Part shown: in pieces, positions 63,305-64,000 of the stretch
How positions within the stretch are numbered: position 1 is the stretch's first letter
How the letters are laid out: each line of letters begins with the position of its first letter
Source: an uncultured Chloroflexia bacterium
GTDB lineage: Bacteria; Chloroflexota; UBA6077; JACCZL01
DNA length: 64,000 bases
Direction of reading: 5' to 3'
Assembly (NCBI GenBank): GCA_963765765.1
Contig: CAVXYC010000025.1
Coordinates: 32,001 to 96,000 of the forward strand
Notes under the pieces: generated by a model
Databases searched by the model: none
Told to the model about the DNA's origin: nothing
The model's input: only the letters and a program-made list of their open reading frames with translations
Made by a program: the position numbers and the translations under genes

Positions 63305-64000
63305 GCATGTCAGTGCTTTCGTGCAGCAGACAGACGTACTCGAACGTCCCGGGCGTATCCATCGTCAGTGACCACTCGAGCCCGCGCGGCGACGGTGGGA
63401 GACCACCGATCTGCCCCGAGCTGTAGAGGCTTTTCCCGTCGTAACCAGGCGATGGCACGATTGCCTGGCGATTAATGTTGACGATGCGCGGCTGAACGGA
63501 GGGGTCTGGCAGGGCCATCCCCGGGCGTCACCATTGTGCCATCGGGGAGCATTACTGCAAGGATCTCAATCGGAGGAGCGCCCGGTTCGGGAAACGTGAC
63601 GGTGTGCGGAACGTCATGATCCACCTTCCAGGTCACCGTATCGCCCTGGCGAACATTCAATCTCTCGGGCAGGAATGCGTCGATGTGGAGGTGTCCACTC
63701 GAGCCAGTGGTGCCGGCTCTAACATGCCAGGTGCTTGCCCCGTCCGCGGCCTCGTCCTGTCGTGCGGTGTTACGAGTCGTCATGATCTCGTCAAGCTCGA
63801 GGAGATGCTGTGGCATGTGGGCGGCCGCCATCGCGTCGGCTTCCTGTTGCGTCGTAATCCCTGTCGTGCCCGGCTCCACGACCTCCACTACCGCGCGCAT
63901 GACCCGCTCGTGGAGCGCACAGAGATACGGGAATGAGCCGGTCTTGCTGAACGTCAGCGAGAATGATTGACCCCGCCCGAGGACGCCGGAGTTGATCAGG
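63276..64000 (-). CDS. Multi-cupredoxin (plastocyanin-like) protein, 3' part; frameshifts near 63900 and 63520
   Basis: INSG...FPYLCALH..MRAVVEV; FLPERLNVRQGDTVTW..PHTVTF; YVCLLH..MRGTIVV. Confidence 0.82.

Overview
GC-rich bacterial accessory region, possibly from a Chloroflexota-like organism (inferred from gene content only). Many otherwise intact genes are broken by single-base indels, most likely assembly errors, so several genes were reconstructed across frames. From left to right: (i) a minus-strand cluster with an M6 (immune inhibitor A-type) metalloprotease carrying a C-terminal Lys-Asp/Glu repeat tail, followed by a degenerate and an intact MvdD/RimK-like ATP-grasp ligase, which is the best candidate for an undescribed peptide/protein-modification system; (ii) oxidoreductases, IS110 and IS256 relics flanking an ArsR-SRPBCC-DHFR cassette, and a tRNA-Leu 3' fragment (att-like); (iii) STAND-type LuxR and adenylate cyclase regulators and small zinc-ribbon genes; (iv) secreted proteins, including a subtilase with a stand-alone prodomain gene; (v) a sulfite oxidase plus MBL-rhodanese pair; (vi) a ~340-bp duplicated leader, one copy driving ndh; (vii) sugar oxidation genes and a HEPN-like gene; (viii) a large pore-forming-toxin-like gene coupled to a phospholipase D, plus an M6-like/lectin-propeller gene; (ix) prophage relics and a copper-protein cluster. 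No rRNA, intact tRNA or CRISPR array was seen.
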